20,828 nucleotides of DNA from a virus (lineage: Duplodnaviria; Heunggongvirae; Uroviricota; Caudoviricetes): the IMG/VR virus record IMGVR_UViG_2531839668_000013, positions 1-20,828 of that record. One strand, written 5' to 3'. Below, piece after piece: positions 17,580 to 20,828 of the stretch. The notes beneath the pieces were generated by a model, which saw only the letters and a list, made by a program, of their open reading frames with translations, did no database searches and was not told where the DNA came from. A program made the position numbers and the translations under genes. Each line of letters opens with the position of its first letter. Position 1 is the first letter of the stretch.

Positions 17580-17800
17580 GCCGTTCTCCGGTAATGTTTG
17601 TTTTTTGCTTCAAAGACTGACTGGCAGGAAACACAACGCGTGGCTGACGGATAAGCCGCACGACGGGCAGCAGGTATTGGCGCGTCACACTCTTCGCAAA
17701 CCAGCGCAGAAACACCGCAATGCTTTACCCTTGCCGCGTTAATCTGGCGCTCCAGTAATTCAGCCTGTTGTTCCTGAATAAAATCTACGTTGTCCGGCAT
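17576..17800 (-). CDS. TraR/DksA-like C4 zinc-finger protein, 74 aa
   Basis: C-x2-C ... C-x2-C spacing (CEECDAPIPAARRAAYPSATRCVSC) typical of the TraR family; P2 orf82 position. Confidence 0.7.
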   Translation of the reverse strand: MPDNVDFIQEQQAELLERQINAARVKHCGVSALVCEECDAPIPAARRAAYPSATRCVSCQSVFEAKNKHYRRTA

Positions 17801-18105
17801 TACCAGTTCCTTTTGTCGTTAAGGTTTTTAAATTCATCAGCGCAATAGCTGGCGATTTCTGTCGTTAATTTCGTCAGTTCATCCACGGAGGAGATTTGCT
17901 TGTTAAATACAGCGCGTTTCACAAGTAAATTGACCACATCAGACAGGAGGTTTAATTCGTTCTGATAAATCGCGATAACAGACTCAGTTATTTCGCGTTT
18001 TTCTTTATCAAGACCAAGTTGAATAAGAGATAAATCGCCATTTTTCATAACGGCGATTTTTAAGGCGTTATTCAGTAATACAACTGAACGAGAACAGGAC
18101 ATCAA
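17800..18105 (-). CDS. Hypothetical AT-rich early-operon protein, 101 aa
   Basis: ORF with start and stop overlapping neighbours (ATGA junctions); noticeably AT-rich relative to flanking genes. Confidence 0.55.
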   Translation of the reverse strand: MMSCSRSVVLLNNALKIAVMKNGDLSLIQLGLDKEKREITESVIAIYQNELNLLSDVVNLLVKRAVFNKQISSVDELTKLTTEIASYCADEFKNLNDKRNW

Positions 18106-18326
18106 AGCACCTCCCCGCGAGACAATCCGATATTGTGAAATTTTTCCGACTCCTGACTGAGCAGCTCGACTATCTCCACGCGGGATAACTCCGCCTTTGT
18201 GATGTGGCGAATCATGGCGTCAAGATGAGAAGAAAAGCGCGTCGCTGCGTCGGCCTGTGCTTCGGTTCTGGCCTGTTGCAGCAGTAATGCGTATTTACCG
18301 CACTGATTTTCAGAAACTGTATGCAT
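18102..18326 (-). CDS. Small early-operon protein, P2 orf80-position, 74 aa from MHTVSENQ
   Basis: GGAG RBS 6 nt upstream of internal ATG at 18324-18326; the ORF extends to 18359. Confidence 0.55.
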   Translation of the reverse strand: MHTVSENQCGKYALLLQQARTEAQADAATRFSSHLDAMIRHITKAELSRVEIVELLSQESEKFHNIGLSRGEVL

Positions 18327-18389
18327 GACTTTCTCCAGGCAAAAAGAAGCCCCGCACAATTAAGTGCGTTAAAAACTCTGGTTAATTAC

Positions 18390-18890
18390 TTAATGCAGAT
18401 ATTGCTCTGGTTTTACCGACGTCAGAATTGTCGGTGCATACTCAAACAGACTGAATAATTCACGTAATGCACGGAATAAAGCATCACGCCAGTAACATGA
18501 TTCTTCATTAATGCGCCAGTACGGCTGATTGAATTCTTTTTCTGTCAATCCCGCATGCATAAATAAAGTGCGACGCTGACTGACTGTTAAAAAACTAATA
18601 TATGCATACTCACTCGCGCCAACCTGACGACGTTTTGAGAATGCCCCACGCAATTCATCAATTGCACATACCAGTCGTTCACGTTCGACGTCGTTCATTT
18701 CTTCAAAACGCATCGTTGCGTGACGCTGTTTTAACTGCGCATGAAAGCAAACCGTTAGCCGTTCGCGCTCCATCATCTGATTATAATAATCACATGTATC
18801 CTGCCAGCGAGGAACGGCAAGATGCTTACCAATTATCCGGCGCATAGCTGCTGGCTGTTTTTCAACGAGATTGAGCGTCATCACTGTCAT
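18390..18890 (-). CDS. B: Replication protein B (helicase loader), 166 aa
   Basis: MTVMTLNLVEKQPAAMRRIIGKHLAVPRWQDTCDYYNQMMERERL... P2 gpB-like. Confidence 0.85.
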   Translation of the reverse strand: MTVMTLNLVEKQPAAMRRIIGKHLAVPRWQDTCDYYNQMMERERLTVCFHAQLKQRHATMRFEEMNDVERERLVCAIDELRGAFSKRRQVGASEYAYISFLTVSQRRTLFMHAGLTEKEFNQPYWRINEESCYWRDALFRALRELFSLFEYAPTILTSVKPEQYLH

Positions 18891-19057
18891 TCCCATACCC
18901 TCCGGCTTTTCAGAAAGGTCAGAGCCTTTTTTAACGGACTCTGTTTTTTGGTGCGGATAATGATTCCCTTACGCCCCTTACCGTGGGTGATGGTGAAGTC
19001 AATCGCCCTGGGGCTTTCGTTACGCAGTAACTGAGCAATACAACGCGGTTCACTCAT
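18887..19057 (-). CDS. Small protein, P2 orf78-position (start uncertain: 19057 or 19084)
   Basis: ORF between cox and B; basic C-terminus. Confidence 0.5.
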   Translation of the reverse strand: MSEPRCIAQLLRNESPRAIDFTITHGKGRKGIIIRTKKQSPLKKALTFLKSRRVWE

Positions 19058-19059
19058 AA

Positions 19060-19332
19060 TCACAACCCCATCCACAAAAGCCATGCATCACGCTGTTCAA
19101 CTGGTCGGTTATAAAACGCCTCTCGTACAGCGCGATTAAACTCTGGAATGAAAACCCACTTCTCACCGACACGAGCGTTCGGCTTACTTGGATCACGAAG
19201 CTCAATAACTGGCAATTTATTCTCTTTTACCATCTTGACTACAGCCGTTTCTGGCTTACCAAGTAACTCTGCAAACTTAACCGTATGTACCGCATCAATC
19301 GGGTACTGAATCACATAGTCATTGACTTCCAT
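19060..19332 (-). CDS. cox: Cox (excisionase and repressor of the lysogenic promoter), 90 aa
   Basis: First gene of the early operon, divergent from C; ...KLPVIELRDPSKPNARVGEKWVFIPEFN... resembles P2 Cox. Confidence 0.8.
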   Translation of the reverse strand: MEVNDYVIQYPIDAVHTVKFAELLGKPETAVVKMVKENKLPVIELRDPSKPNARVGEKWVFIPEFNRAVREAFYNRPVEQRDAWLLWMGL

Positions 19333-19371
19333 TGATTAGCCCTTTTTGCTTTCGTGTTACCCTTATTAGAT

Positions 19372-19413
19372 CCAGTCCCTTCTAGGTCGCCCCTGTCCTT
19401 TCTAGGGACTGGC
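19372..19413. promoter_or_regulatory. Repeat cluster GTCC(C/T)TTCTAGG x2 within an inverted repeat CCAGTCCCT...AGGGACTGG: putative Cox or second operator at the lysogenic promoter
   Basis: Direct repeats at 19375-19386 and 19395-19406; inverted 9-bp arms at 19372-19380 and 19405-19413. Confidence 0.4.
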
Positions 19414-19426
19414 TAACACACTCAAA

Positions 19427-19473
19427 AGGTCACCAATACACAACCTTTTGACGGGAATATAAGTCACCAATAG
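19427..19473. promoter_or_regulatory. Direct repeats AGGTCACCAATAC / AAGTCACCAATAG flanking the candidate Pe -10: putative C repressor operator half-sites
   Basis: Two 10/10 identical GTCACCAATA copies at 19429-19438 and 19463-19472, 34 bp centre to centre. Confidence 0.45.
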
Positions 19474-19484
19474 GTTACTGTCAA
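19456..19484 (-). promoter_or_regulatory. Candidate early promoter Pe (minus strand: TTGACA - 17 bp - TATATT)
   Basis: Near-consensus sigma70 -35/-10 on the minus strand pointing toward cox; -35 abuts the C start codon; flanked by direct repeats. Confidence 0.5.
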
Positions 19485-19778
19485 ATGCAGACATTCGAAA
19501 AACTGAAAGCGATTAGGAAAGCAGAAGGCTTAACACAGGCGAAATTCAGCGAAATTAGCGGGATAGCTCTAGGAACAGTCAAAAATTACGAAAGTGGGCA
19601 TAAAGACCCTGGTCTCAGCATCGTTATGCGAGTCACAAATACGCCTTTATTTAAAAAATATACGCTCTGGTTAATGACTGGTGATACGTCACCACAAGCT
19701 GGTCAGATCGCGCCGGCTCTCGCACACATTGGGCAAAAACCAACAGAATCAGACCACTCCGAAAAACAGACTGGTTAA
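19485..19778 (+). CDS. C: Immunity repressor C, 97 aa
   Basis: HTH-containing small protein; ...KYTLWLMTGDTSPQAGQIAPALAHIGQ... resembles the P2 C C-terminus; divergent from cox, upstream of int. Confidence 0.8.
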   Translation: MQTFEKLKAIRKAEGLTQAKFSEISGIALGTVKNYESGHKDPGLSIVMRVTNTPLFKKYTLWLMTGDTSPQAGQIAPALAHIGQKPTESDHSEKQTG

Positions 19779-19847
19779 CACTCTATAAACATTACATTTT
19801 CACTATTTGTTACCAAGATGGTGAATACAGCGTCAGAGGGCTTTCTT

Positions 19848-20828
19848 ATGTCAATTAAGAAGCTCGATGATGGACGCTATGAAGTGGACATTAGACCTCG
19901 CGGTCGCGACGGAAAACGCATCCGCAGGAAATTTGAAAGAAAAGCTGAGGCTGTAGCATTTGAGCGATACACAATCGCCTACGCCAGCCAGAAAGAATGG
20001 GCAGGTCAGCGAGCAGATCGCAGAACTTTGAGTGAGTTGCTGGACATCTGGTGGAAATATCACGGGCAAAACCACGAGCATGGAACAAAAGAGTTTAATC
20101 ATCTGCTCAAAACCATCAGCGGCATAGGTGATATACCAGTGAGCCGGATGAGCAAAAGAGCTTTGATGGATTATCGTTCCATGCGACTACGTGATGGTAT
20201 CAGTGCCGCAACGATAAACCGTGACATGTACCGATTATCCGGCATGTTCACAAAATTAATTCAATTGGATGAATTTTCCGGGCAACACCCAATTCACGGA
20301 CTGCCGCCACTGGCGGAGGCCAACCCTGAAATGACGTTCCTGGAAAAAGCAGAAATCGAAAAACTGTTAAATGTTTTGGATGGTGATGACTTACTTGTCG
20401 CACTTTTATGTCTGAGCACTGGAGGAAGATGGACGGAAGTTGCCACGCTAAAACCAGCACAGATTACAAATTGCAGGGTTACCTTCCTGAAAACCAAAAA
20501 CGGTAAAAAGCGAACCGTGCCGATTTCTGAGGAACTGGAGAAAAAAGTTAAAGAGGAGGCCAGCGCTAAATTATTCAAAGTTGATTATGAGAAGTTTTGC
20601 GGGATTTTACGCAGAGTGAAGCCAGATATACCACCCAATCAGGCAACCCACATCCTGCGGCATACATTCGCAAGCCATTTCATGATGAATGGGGGCAATA
20701 TAATCGCACTGCAACAGATTCTGGGACATGCGAGCATTCAGCAGACGATGGCCTATGCGCACCTTGCGCCTGACTACCTGCAAAATGCCGTCGCACTGAA
20801 TCCTCTAAAAGGCGGAGTGACGTTATAA
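19848..20828 (+). CDS. int: Tyrosine integrase, about 326 aa
   Basis: MSIKKLDDGRYEVDIRPRGRDGKRIRRKFE... P2 Int-like with tyrosine recombinase C-terminal motifs (HILRHTF...LGHASIQQTMAYAH); start trimmed to RBS-preceded ATG; stop TAA at the window end. Confidence 0.85.
   Translation: MSIKKLDDGRYEVDIRPRGRDGKRIRRKFERKAEAVAFERYTIAYASQKEWAGQRADRRTLSELLDIWWKYHGQNHEHGTKEFNHLLKTISGIGDIPVSRMSKRALMDYRSMRLRDGISAATINRDMYRLSGMFTKLIQLDEFSGQHPIHGLPPLAEANPEMTFLEKAEIEKLLNVLDGDDLLVALLCLSTGGRWTEVATLKPAQITNCRVTFLKTKNGKKRTVPISEELEKKVKEEASAKLFKVDYEKFCGILRRVKPDIPPNQATHILRHTFASHFMMNGGNIIALQQILGHASIQQTMAYAHLAPDYLQNAVALNPLKGGVTL

Larger units (their letters stand above)
1..20828. mobile_element. P2-like prophage (tail-module-deleted), ogr side to int side; attachment sites lie outside the window
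   Basis: Collinear P2 gene order and recognisable P2-like proteins across the whole window; exact P2 cos 19-mer at 13498-13516. Confidence 0.9.

Noticed and set aside
1-20828. CRISPR arrays, tRNA/rRNA genes, IS elements or transposases
   Set aside because: No repeat-spacer periodicity, no tRNA-like cloverleaf candidates and no transposase-like ORFs were seen on either strand.

Overview
The window is essentially one P2-like (Peduovirus-type) temperate prophage, running from the stop codon of ogr (position 1) to the stop codon of int (position 20828). All calls rest on reading the six-frame translations against my recollection of phage P2 proteins; no database search or computation was run. 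Minus-strand gene order is ogr-D-U-T-E'/E-[lysC'-'V fusion]-lysB-lysA-K-Y-X-L-M-N-O, then P and Q on the plus strand, a 19-nt P2 cos site, an AT-rich cargo island, then A, four small early ORFs, B, orf78-like and cox on the minus strand, and C and int on the plus strand. Head, packaging, lysis, replication and immunity genes appear as full-length ORFs. The tail completion, baseplate, fibre, sheath and tube genes (P2 R, S, W, J, I, H, G, FI, FII) are absent, with only a fragment of the spike gene V left, fused in frame to lysC. The position where P2 carries tin/old holds three unrecognised ORFs instead, including a GNAT-like acetyltransferase; this is the best candidate for an undescribed accessory or defence module. 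No rRNA, tRNA, CRISPR array or IS element was seen.
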